The notes: generated by a model from the sequence alone, not told the origin. Positions 17,766 through 25,161 are shown, numbered from the stretch's first letter. The stretch is DNA of 41,202 bases from Actinomycetota bacterium (GCA_013695385.1 JACDAN010000030.1:1-41202); one strand, 5' to 3'. Translations and numbers: made by a program.

Positions 17766-17871
17766 GAGGCGCCGCCACCCAGTGCGCGGGGGGGCGGGTG
17801 CGTGCGCCTCGTCGTGCCCGGTGTGCTCGTGAACGGTGCTCAGCTCGACCCCCCTGTGGCCGCGGATTCCA

Positions 17872-18663
17872 TCACGGCGACGTGTCTCCGTTCTCGCCGC
17901 TCGGACTGCGGCGCCAACGCTCGAACTCGGCGGCGGAGGTGACGATCGCACGACTCCGCATCAGCGCGTGGCCGAGGCCGCAGAGCTCGGTGCAGATGAC
18001 CGGGTAGTCGCCTCTCTTCGTGGGCGTGATGGTGATGGCCGTGGTCATACCGGGAACCGCGTCCTGCTTCAGGCGGAACTCGGGCACGAAGAAGGAGTGG
18101 ATCACCTCGCGGGCCGTGAGGTAGAGGCGGGTGGAACGGCCGACCGGAAGCCGCAGGTTGGGCGACGTCTTGCAGCGGTCGGCGATCAAACGCGTCTCCC
18201 GGTCGATGCAGGCGAGCTTGTGCTTGCCCACCTCCATTCCCTCCTCGGGGTACGCGAAGACCCACGCGAACTGCTGCCCGAGCACCTCGACGCGCAGATG
18301 ATCGGCGGGGACCCTGTCGTTTCGGGCAAGAGCAACCGAGCTCACGACCAGCATGGCGACGACGAGGATCAGCGGGACGACCGTCCAGACGATCTCGATC
18401 CCGGTGTGGCCGTGGACGGGCGGGCCGTCCGAGTCGTCGTCCGGGCGAACGCGAAACTTGACGAACGAGTACACGCTGATCGCCGCGACGATGGCGAAGA
18501 TGCCGATGCAGATCGCCGTCACGAACCAGAAGACGAAGTCGGTGCGTCCGGCCTCCTCCGAGGCTTGATCGGGCAGCCAGGGGACGAAGATCGCCACCGC
18601 CGTAGCCGCCGCAGCGAGCAGGAGAGCGACCAAGATAACTCGAATCAGCGGCCCAGCGCGCAC
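17872..18663 (-). CDS. ctaC: Cytochrome c oxidase subunit II (CuA, no fused cytochrome c)
   Basis: Two N-terminal TM helices, VIHSFFVPEF, and the CuA motif CTELCGLGHALM. GTG start. Confidence 0.9.
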   Translation of the reverse strand: MRAGPLIRVILVALLLAAAATAVAIFVPWLPDQASEEAGRTDFVFWFVTAICIGIFAIVAAISVYSFVKFRVRPDDDSDGPPVHGHTGIEIVWTVVPLILVVAMLVVSSVALARNDRVPADHLRVEVLGQQFAWVFAYPEEGMEVGKHKLACIDRETRLIADRCKTSPNLRLPVGRSTRLYLTAREVIHSFFVPEFRLKQDAVPGMTTAITITPTKRGDYPVICTELCGLGHALMRSRAIVTSAAEFERWRRSPSGENGDTSP

Positions 18664-18764
18664 CGTTCGCGAGCCTAGCGAGTTAGCGCAACGGGCGGAG
18701 CGGGTACACCCGGCGTGTCGCGGCGGGCACCGGCCTGCGACGACAATGACGAAGGAGGAACTGA

Positions 18765-18998
18765 ATGGGACTCGGAGTTAGCCTCTTGCTGATCGCGGTC
18801 GGAGCCATCCTGGTATGGGGGCTCCAGAGTGACGTCGCGGGGATCGACGAAGACGCCATCGGCGTCATCCTCATGATCATCGGCGCTGCGGGCATGCTGC
18901 TCTCGATGCTCTTCTGGTCGAGCTGGGGTGGGCCTGGATACTTCGGCGGACGCCGGCGCTCGACCTACGTCGAGGACGGTCCCCCGCCACCCCCCTAA
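18765..18998 (+). CDS. Small two-TM membrane protein (DUF6458-like)
   Basis: ATG with AAGGAGG 6 nt upstream. Two hydrophobic helices are followed by a Gly/Arg/Pro-rich tail. Confidence 0.65.
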   Translation: MGLGVSLLLIAVGAILVWGLQSDVAGIDEDAIGVILMIIGAAGMLLSMLFWSSWGGPGYFGGRRRSTYVEDGPPPPP

Positions 18999-19013
18999 AG
19001 AAAGAGGCAAATG

Positions 19014-19038
19014 GCGCGGGCGCAACGGGCGCCCGCGC
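19014..19038 (+). terminator. 10-bp GC hairpin (GCGCGGGCGC / GCGCCCGCGC, 5-nt loop)
   Basis: Read directly. It lies between the stop at 18998 and the kinase ATG at 19049. Confidence 0.45.
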
Positions 19039-19048
19039 TCACCACCTG

Positions 19049-19798
19049 ATGAACACAAGCGGCAAAAGCGGCAACGAAAGACGGATCCGGGAGCTCGAGG
19101 AGCGCCTGGCCGAGCTCGAACGGGTGGACGACGTCAAGACGCAGTTCATCTCGATCGCCTCCCACGAGCTGCGAACACCCATCGCCGTCGTCCATGGGAT
19201 CGCCTCGACCCTCTACCTTCGCGGCGATCTGCTCTCCGGAGACCAGCTCCACGACCTGCGAGCGACGCTCTACAGCCAGACCGGTCGGCTGTCGTCTCTG
19301 ACGGAGCAGCTGCTCGACCTGTCGCGGCTCGACGCGGACGCCATCGTCCTTCAGCCTGAACGCTTCCGGCCGCGCGAGAGGATCGACGAGCTCTTGACAC
19401 GCATCGCGCCCGACCGGGCCGATGACGTGCAGGTCGGGGTCGAGCCGGCCCTCGAGCTCTTCACCGACCCGAATGGGTTCGAGCGGGTGATCGGCAACCT
19501 GATCACGAACGCCCTTCGGTACGGCGCACCGCCGATCGAAGTGACGTCCATCCCCAGTAACGGAGTGGAGCTCGTGGTCGAGGATCGCGGGGAAGGCGTG
19601 CCTCTCGACTTCATTCCGCTCCTCTTCGAGCGGTTCGCTCAGGCGGACGGAGCGGGGTCGCACCGCGAGGGTGCGGGCCTCGGGCTGGCGATCGCGAAGT
19701 CGTTCGCGATCGCGCTCGGCGGGGACCTCCGCTACGAGGCGGCCCAGCCGTGCGGCGCGCGGTTCAGGTTCGAGCTCCCGCGCGAACTAGCGGCGTAG
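19049..19798 (+). CDS. Sensor-less cytoplasmic histidine kinase (coiled coil + HisKA + HATPase_c)
   Basis: H-box SIASHELRTPI, N-box GNLITNALRYG and G-boxes DRGEGV / GAGLGLAI. There is no TM or sensor domain, and no response regulator in the window. Confidence 0.8.
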   Translation: MNTSGKSGNERRIRELEERLAELERVDDVKTQFISIASHELRTPIAVVHGIASTLYLRGDLLSGDQLHDLRATLYSQTGRLSSLTEQLLDLSRLDADAIVLQPERFRPRERIDELLTRIAPDRADDVQVGVEPALELFTDPNGFERVIGNLITNALRYGAPPIEVTSIPSNGVELVVEDRGEGVPLDFIPLLFERFAQADGAGSHREGAGLGLAIAKSFAIALGGDLRYEAAQPCGARFRFELPRELAA

Positions 19799-20650
19799 AC
19801 CCGAGAGAGGATCGACCGCCGCGCCGCGGAGATGCACTTCGAAGTGCAGGTGCGGTCCGGTCGAGTTGCCACTCGAGCCGACGCGGCCCAGTCGCTGGCC
19901 AGACTCCACAGGCTGACCCACCCGCACGCCGATCTGCGAGAGGTGGGCATACGAGGTACGTGCCCCGGCGGCATGCGCGACGACGACGAGATTGCCCCAA
20001 CCTCCGAGGCTCCAGCCGGCAAACGTGACACGGCCGGCTGCAGAGGCGGATACCGGCGTGCCCGAGGGGGCGGGGTAGTCGAGGCCGCCATGGAAGCGGT
20101 TGCCGCGAGGACCGAAGACGTCGGTGTAGGGGCCTGCAACGGGGGGCGCAAGAGTCACCGGGCAGGTGGGGGCGGGCGCCTTCAGGGCGGTGACCACGAC
20201 CGAGCCCGCGCGCCCGTCGGCCGGAAGGCCGGCCCAGACCTGGAACTGTTTCAGGGCCCGCTCCGTGGAGACGCGGAAATAGCCGTCGAAGTTCCCGGAT
20301 GGGAACCCGTGGGAGGCCAGGGCGAACTGCAGGGCGGCAACGTCCCAGCCGCGAGCGTCTGCGACGAGGATGCGCTTCCCGAGCGGAGAACGCTTCCCGA
20401 AGAGCCCGAGTGCAGCTTTCGTGCGGGGTCCGGGTACTCCGTCGACGTCGATCCGCGCGCGACGCTGGAGACGGCGGACGGCGTTGGCAGTGCTCTCACC
20501 GAGCACGCCGTCGACGGTCCCGGCGTAGAAGCCTTTCTGGCGGAGCCCGACCTGAAGCGCCGCGATCTCCGGGTCACCGGCAGCCGTCGCCGGCGCAACG
20601 AGCGTCAAGGCAAAGAGACAGATAGCGGCGGCGGCGAGAAATCGGGACAT
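19787..20650 (-). CDS. Secreted M23 (LytM) peptidase with two peptidoglycan-binding domains
   Basis: Trimmed to the ATG at 20650 (MSRFLAAAAICLFALTLVAPATAAG, a signal peptide). It has PG_binding_1-like repeats (LQVGLRQKGFYAGTVDGVLG; LQFALASHGFPSGNFDGYF) and the M23 motifs HGGLDY and SSGNSTGPHLHFEV. Confidence 0.85.
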   Translation of the reverse strand: MSRFLAAAAICLFALTLVAPATAAGDPEIAALQVGLRQKGFYAGTVDGVLGESTANAVRRLQRRARIDVDGVPGPRTKAALGLFGKRSPLGKRILVADARGWDVAALQFALASHGFPSGNFDGYFRVSTERALKQFQVWAGLPADGRAGSVVVTALKAPAPTCPVTLAPPVAGPYTDVFGPRGNRFHGGLDYPAPSGTPVSASAAGRVTFAGWSLGGWGNLVVVAHAAGARTSYAHLSQIGVRVGQPVESGQRLGRVGSSGNSTGPHLHFEVHLRGAAVDPLSGLRR

Positions 20651-20807
20651 GGGAGTACCCGCCTGTCCCATCGGTGTCACGCTGCGGGCTGACCTACCCC
20701 ATTCGGGGGATATCACGGCTCGCGCTTTCGCCGGAAGCCGGCGCCGCTCTGCGGCGCGCGGCTCGATTGACTGATCTAGCGCCGTCCCGCTGCTTCGATG
20801 TCTTCGA

Positions 20808-20832
20808 GCGGAACGGGCAAAGCCCGTTCCGC
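20808..20832 (-). terminator. 11-bp perfect hairpin 6 nt after the sodA stop
   Basis: 20808-20818 pairs with 20822-20832, with an AAA loop. No U-tract, which resembles the hairpin-only (tract-less) terminators reported in GC-rich bacteria (recalled, not checked here). Confidence 0.5.
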
Positions 20833-20837
20833 CGCCC

Positions 20838-21443
20838 CTAGAGTGCCTGCTCGTATCGCCGACTCACCTCTGGCCAGTTGACGACGTTCCACCACGCGGC
20901 GAGATAGTCCGGACGGCGGTTCTGGTAGCGGAGGTAGTAGGCGTGCTCCCATACGTCGATTCCGAGGATCGGCGTCCTCCCATCGGTGACCGGTGAATCC
21001 TGGTTCGGGGTGGAGGTCAACGCCAGGGAGCGGTCGTCGACGACGAGCCATGTCCACCCGCTCCCGAAGCGCTTGACGCCCCCGTCGTTCACCCCGGTCT
21101 TCAGCTCGTCGAGCCCTCCGAACGTTTCCTGAATCGCCTCCGCGAGAGCACCCTTCGGCTCCCCGCCACCGTCTGGGCTCATGATCTCCCAGAAGAGGGC
21201 GTGATTGGCGTGGCCGCCGGCGTTGTTCCGCACCGCCATCCGTTTCTCCTCGGCTACGCGGTCGAGGCTTCGCAGGATCTCCTCCACAGGACGATCGGCG
21301 AGATCGGTCCCCTCGAGGGCGGCGTTCGCGTTGTCCACGTAGGCCTGGTGATGCTTGTCGTGGTGCACGCGCATCGTCTGCTCGTCGATGTGTGGCTCGA
21401 GGGCGGCATAGTCGTACGGGAGCGGGGGCAGTTCGAACGGCAT
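20838..21443 (-). CDS. sodA: Fe/Mn superoxide dismutase
   Basis: Contains [24 protein letters not shown] and [18 protein letters not shown]. Confidence 0.95.
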   Translation of the reverse strand: MPFELPPLPYDYAALEPHIDEQTMRVHHDKHHQAYVDNANAALEGTDLADRPVEEILRSLDRVAEEKRMAVRNNAGGHANHALFWEIMSPDGGGEPKGALAEAIQETFGGLDELKTGVNDGGVKRFGSGWTWLVVDDRSLALTSTPNQDSPVTDGRTPILGIDVWEHAYYLRYQNRRPDYLAAWWNVVNWPEVSRRYEQAL

Positions 21444-21520
21444 CTCTTCCTCCTCTACGGGCTCGAAGAGAGCTTAAGGGGCGCCGGCTCGTCCGCGTCG
21501 GCGAGAAAAATTACCGTGGC

Positions 21521-21526
21521 TATACT
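21521..21526 (+). promoter_or_regulatory. Possible -10 element (TATACT) for tRNA-Lys
   Basis: TATACT lies 11 nt upstream of the tRNA 5' end in an otherwise GC-rich context. I recognised no clear -35. Confidence 0.3.
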
Positions 21527-21537
21527 CGCCAGCCGCC

Positions 21538-21610
21538 GGGCCGTTAGCTCAGTTGGTAGAGCAGGGGACTCTTAATCCCAAGGTCGAAGGTTCGAATCCT
21601 TCACGGCCCA
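21538..21610 (+). tRNA. tRNA-Lys (anticodon CTT)
   Basis: Manual cloverleaf: acceptor GGGCCGT/ACGGCCC, D arm GCTC-AGTTGGTA-GAGC, anticodon stem-loop GGGGA-CTCTTAA-TCCCA, T arm GAAGG-TTCGAAT-CCTTC, discriminator A. CCA is not encoded. Confidence 0.9.
21568..21610 (+). repeat. att-like core, proximal copy (3' 43 nt of tRNA-Lys)
   Basis: 42/43 identical to 25162-25204 in the same orientation. Confidence 0.8.
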
Positions 21611-21672
21611 TAGGCGAATGCCCTGGAAACTTGGCTTTGTACGCCACAGCACGCCTGATGGCCCGCGGCACG

Positions 21673-21691
21673 GGTCAACGCAGGGTCAACA
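21673..21691 (+). repeat. 19-nt double-heptamer motif, copy 1 (GGTCAACGCAGGGTCAACA)
   Basis: Read directly, 63 nt after the tRNA 3' end. See copies at 24175 and 25046. Confidence 0.7.
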
Positions 21692-21723
21692 TCCCGTCCG
21701 TGCCGACCGTACCGAATCTGGAA

Positions 21724-21756
21724 TCCGGGCCGGAGGCGCCGTATCGCGCCCCCGGA
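21724..21756 (-). terminator. Imperfect GC hairpin downstream of the CLCA-like gene
   Basis: TCCGGG (21724-29) pairs with CCCGGA (21751-56), and the inner GGCGC (21735-39) pairs with GCGCC (21746-50). It lies 15 nt after the stop at 21771. Confidence 0.35.
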
Positions 21757-21770
21757 CACACGAGTTCGAG

Positions 21771-23999
21771 TCACCACTTCGCCTTGTGGGCCTTCTTCCA
21801 GCGGTCGACGAGTGCCTTCTGATTCTTGGGCACCGAGGGCGGGATCGGGTTGTAGCCCGTGATCGGCTCCTTGCCGGTCGGCCCCTCGCGGTCGACGGTC
21901 GCTGCGAGGAGCGCGCGCCGGCGGACCGCCGGGACCTTAACCTCCCGCTTCAAGTCCTCCGGCTTCAGGCCGGGGCGCTGGCGGTAGAGCTCGTCCAACT
22001 CGAGCACGAACTTGCCCGCGGCCTTCCGTGCGTCCACGACGATCAAGTACTGGCCGGGCATCTCGCCCTTCGTCTGGATGGTGGCCGTATACGTGAACGG
22101 CTCGTTCGGGTCGCCCTTGGCGCCGGTGTGCTCGGTGAACTTGAGCTTGACCCACTTGCCCGAGGGCGTCAGCGCCCATCCGGTCATCTGCGCGCCGGGG
22201 ACGGCGAACGGAGCCCGGAGCCGCGCCCTGACCTCGAGCTCGTTGCCGAGGCGGACGTGGGCATGGACGAGCGAGACGTCGAGCGAGATGTCGTCGTTGA
22301 CCTCGAACCCGACGGTGCGGAAGCGTGTCCCGCCGATCCCGGCGCCGGTGACGCGGACGGTCCACTTACCCCGCTTCGGGTTGTCGATCTCCCAGAAGCC
22401 GTACGGGTACTTGCCCGAGACGCGACGACGGCCGGCACCTGCGGTGATCAGGTTTCCGTCAGGGTCGATCACCCGCACGGTGAACTGTCGCTTCGGCTCG
22501 CTCCAGAGCGCGCCGAGCGTCGCGTGCGTGCTGCCCGCCGTGATCGGCACGGTGAACTCGAAGGAGCGGCGCGTTCCGGCCGACGCGCGTCTCTTGATCT
22601 CGCCGAAGTGCCAGTCGAACGGCGCTGCCTTGTCGGCGGCGGCGCCGTCGGGGCTGGCGCCGTCGATCGGGTTGAAGGAGACGATGCCGCCGTTCTCGCG
22701 GCTCTCGCCGGCGATCTGGACGAGCGCCTCCGTGATCGCCGTCGCCGCCTCGGCCGCCGACAGATCGCCGTCGATCGGGAAGTACGTACCACCGGTCGTA
22801 GTCGCGATGTTCGTGAGGAGGACCGCGTCCTGGTCGTTGCCGAGCCCGATCGTGTACACGCGCACGCCGTTCGCGCGCAGATCCGGGAGAACATCCTCGG
22901 CCGTCTCGGACCCGGCGTTCTGGAGGCCATCGGTGAACAGGATCATCACCTGGCTCGAGGCGCGGCCGCCCGAGACAATGTTGTTCAGGCCGGCGCGCAG
23001 CGCGTCGCCGATCGCGGTCTGCCCGCCGGCGGTGATCCCGTCGACGGCCGTGTGTCGCGTGTTCCGCCAGGTCGTCTGCGCGGCCGCGCCGGACGGCACC
23101 GCCGACTTCCCGAAGGCGAGCGACGCCGACCCCGCGTAGGTCACGAGCCCGAGCTCCTCGGCGGCGTTCACGTAGTCGACCCAGAAGTTCGCGCCGACCT
23201 TGAGCTGGTCGATCTTCGCACCGAGCATGCTGCCCGAGCGGTCGAGGACGAGCATGAAGCGCTGCACGGGAATCAACTGCGTGCAGACAACGGCCGAGGC
23301 CGCTGCAGGCGCGGCCTGCGTCGGCCCACCGGCGCCCGGTGCGGCCAGGCCGTACGGGATCCCGTTGTGGTTGGCGTCGTTCGCCATGTAGGTCCAGCAG
23401 GACTGATTGCCGTTGATGTTGTTCTGGTTGTTGTCGGCGGTCGCGTTGTGGTTGCCGGCGTGGCAGAACTCGGACGGCTGCCCGTTCTGCAGGGTCGCGG
23501 TGCCGCCGGTGAAGGCCGGGAAGAACGTGTCCCAGTCCGGGAAGTCGGCGCCCGCACCGTCGGTCCAACGCGTGTAGCCAGTCCAGGCGTAGCCCTCCAT
23601 GATCGACGCCTGCGTGGCGATGTTCCCGAGGCACGTCGAGCCGTTGTTGTATTCGTCACGGAGGTCGTAGAGGTAGTGGGACAGCTCGTGCGCGAGGATC
23701 GTCGGGTAGAACATGTGGTCCTGCGGCACGTCGAGCGACTCGAACGGGAACCACAGCCGCGCCCCCGTTGAGTTGGACCAGACGTCCGAGTCGAGATGGA
23801 CCCAGATATCGGCGTCCTTGCCGCCCATGCTGTTCGGCGAGATCAGCATCTGCCCGATCGACAGGGCGCCGTCGGTCGAGTCGTGGATGATTCGCGAGAC
23901 CCGCTCGAGCAGCTGGCACCAGAACCCCATCTCACCGGCGGCTGGCGTGAAGCGCAGTGAGACGACCAGGTTGAACTGCGAGCCTGACAGAAAACCCAT
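21771..23999 (-). CDS. CLCA-like zinc metalloprotease - Cys-rich - VWA - beta-sandwich multidomain protein, no signal peptide
   Basis: Trimmed to the ATG at 23999, with GGAGG 5 nt upstream. HELSHYLYDLRDEY has the same spacing as the CLCA catalytic motif HExxH-x6-DEY. The VWA MIDAS is LVLDRSGSM ... ILFTDG. About 300 aa of beta-rich sequence follow at the C-terminus. Confidence 0.85.
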   Translation of the reverse strand: MGFLSGSQFNLVVSLRFTPAAGEMGFWCQLLERVSRIIHDSTDGALSIGQMLISPNSMGGKDADIWVHLDSDVWSNSTGARLWFPFESLDVPQDHMFYPTILAHELSHYLYDLRDEYNNGSTCLGNIATQASIMEGYAWTGYTRWTDGAGADFPDWDTFFPAFTGGTATLQNGQPSEFCHAGNHNATADNNQNNINGNQSCWTYMANDANHNGIPYGLAAPGAGGPTQAAPAAASAVVCTQLIPVQRFMLVLDRSGSMLGAKIDQLKVGANFWVDYVNAAEELGLVTYAGSASLAFGKSAVPSGAAAQTTWRNTRHTAVDGITAGGQTAIGDALRAGLNNIVSGGRASSQVMILFTDGLQNAGSETAEDVLPDLRANGVRVYTIGLGNDQDAVLLTNIATTTGGTYFPIDGDLSAAEAATAITEALVQIAGESRENGGIVSFNPIDGASPDGAAADKAAPFDWHFGEIKRRASAGTRRSFEFTVPITAGSTHATLGALWSEPKRQFTVRVIDPDGNLITAGAGRRRVSGKYPYGFWEIDNPKRGKWTVRVTGAGIGGTRFRTVGFEVNDDISLDVSLVHAHVRLGNELEVRARLRAPFAVPGAQMTGWALTPSGKWVKLKFTEHTGAKGDPNEPFTYTATIQTKGEMPGQYLIVVDARKAAGKFVLELDELYRQRPGLKPEDLKREVKVPAVRRRALLAATVDREGPTGKEPITGYNPIPPSVPKNQKALVDRWKKAHKAKW

Positions 24000-24174
24000 A
24001 GCCCCTCCAGACGTGTCGAGGCCGCAGCAGGATGCTCTCAGGTGAGTGGCGATCATACCCCCACGCGCGCCGGCGTTTCAAGCGACCGAGCGGCGTCGGT
24101 GATACCGGCTCGGATCTTAATCCCTGCACATCCGGGGAGAGCCTGCATACCGGCGATCAGACGCGCCAGGGTGG

Positions 24175-24193
24175 GGTCAACGCAAGATCAACA
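24175..24193 (+). repeat. 19-nt double-heptamer motif, copy 2 (GGTCAACGCAAGATCAACA)
   Basis: Read directly, 51 nt after the internal TCTTAATCCC fragment. Confidence 0.7.
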
Positions 24194-24356
24194 ACCGCTG
24201 GCGCTCGCACCCCCTTTGTAAAGGCGAACCTTCGAGACCGAACTGTTTACGTGGCGCTGCGGGGCGGTTGCTGGGCGCCTCCTGCGGCCCAATCCGTCCG
24301 GCCACAGGGTCGGCCGTCGACAAATCTCCTGTTGCCGGCATGCCTGATATCGGTAG

Positions 24357-24960
24357 ATGAGCGCGGAGAAACGTCGCGTCCTTGGTCTGACGATCGTGGC
24401 CGGCACGGTCTATGCCGCCGTCGTCGAGTACCCGGAGACGCCTGTTTTCAGCGATCCGTTCGAGCGACTCGACGTGGCGCAGGGTCTCGACCCGTCAGCT
24501 CAGCTAGCAGACTTCTCGGCCCGCTTCAAGCAGGAGCTGCGACGAATCAGGCCGGCCGCGGTTGGGGTGCTTAATAGCGCGGCCGCGACGAGCTACGCGA
24601 TCAGTTCGAGAAGGACGCGCAGGCCGCGAACGCGCCTCGTTTCCCGACGCTGATCGAGATGGCTCGGGCAGTCGACTCACCATTCGCGTACTCATTCGTC
24701 TACCGCGTCCTTTCTCAGAGCGGGGCACATCCGTCTCCGCACGGACTGGACTCACTGATCGAGAATCGGCCGGAGAGCGACGGAGTCTTTATCCATGGAA
24801 GGCCGAAAGAAGGGCCGACGATCGAGCCCTACTACCTGGCTGGCGCGCTGTTGTTCATCTCGCTTCGCGAAACAAGCACGCTCGTCCCGTCCTTGCCGCT
24901 GACCGCGGAACTCGACGCTTCGAGCCGGAGTTCCTCGCGCTTCGCAACGCCCTTGGTGCG
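24357..24960 (+). pseudogene. Possible frameshifted gene remnant inside the islet
   Basis: The frame opened by the ATG at 24357 looks coding (GC3-rich) to about 24570. After a TAG at 24575 the coding-like signal continues in another frame, from 24578 to about 24960, with no canonical start before 24659. Confidence 0.3.
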
Positions 24961-25045
24961 GGCTAACGGGGAGGAGGAGCTCAGCCAATCCGTGCGCTGT
25001 GGCGCCGGCAGAACCCACCACTCGCCTCGGTTGACACTCCTGCTC

Positions 25046-25064
25046 GGTCAACGCAAGGTCAACA
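25046..25064 (+). repeat. 19-nt double-heptamer motif, copy 3 (GGTCAACGCAAGGTCAACA)
   Basis: Read directly. It ends 98 nt before the distal att-like copy, and an inverted GTTGAC lies at 25031-25036. Confidence 0.7.
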
Positions 25065-25161
25065 AGCGACCACGAGAACGCCCGAGGCGCCTCGAACTGG
25101 ACTGGCTCAAACGATGCGGCTTTGGGAGGGCCGCCGAACTGCCGCCAGCCCGACAGCAACC

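Noticed and set aside
17788-17794. Run of seven G as a possible frameshift site joining ctaC and ctaD frames
   Set aside because: No alternative frame gives a continuous sensible protein across it. The frame opened by the GTG-ATG at the ctaC stop terminates after 11 codons.
17872-17951. GTG at 17951 as the ctaD start
   Set aside because: It would require 80 nt of dual coding with the conserved C-terminus of ctaC (…SAAEFERW…). Downstream starts (TTG 17765, ATG 17735) are more plausible, but this is kept open as a finding.
21618-23771. 717-aa plus-strand ORF opposite the CLCA-like gene
   Set aside because: It has no recognisable motifs and an Arg/Gly/Val/Asp-rich composition. The minus-strand frame carries HExxH-x6-DEY and a VWA MIDAS, and has a strong RBS.
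24566-24577. CTTAAT hexamer at the frameshift junction as a fourth att fragment
   Set aside because: Only 6 nt match the tRNA anticodon-loop core, which is too short to distinguish from chance.
24752-25159. 135-aa minus-strand ORF in the distal islet module
   Set aside because: It is Arg/Ala/Gly-rich, has no motif and no RBS, and lies antisense to the more coding-like plus-strand frames.
21611-25161. Search for an integrase, excisionase, transposase, toxin-antitoxin pair or known defence gene inside the islet
   Set aside because: No frame shows recombinase (R..HxxR..Y), DDE or nuclease motifs that I could recognise. Only the HTH-like remnant noted in the findings was seen, so no such feature is called.
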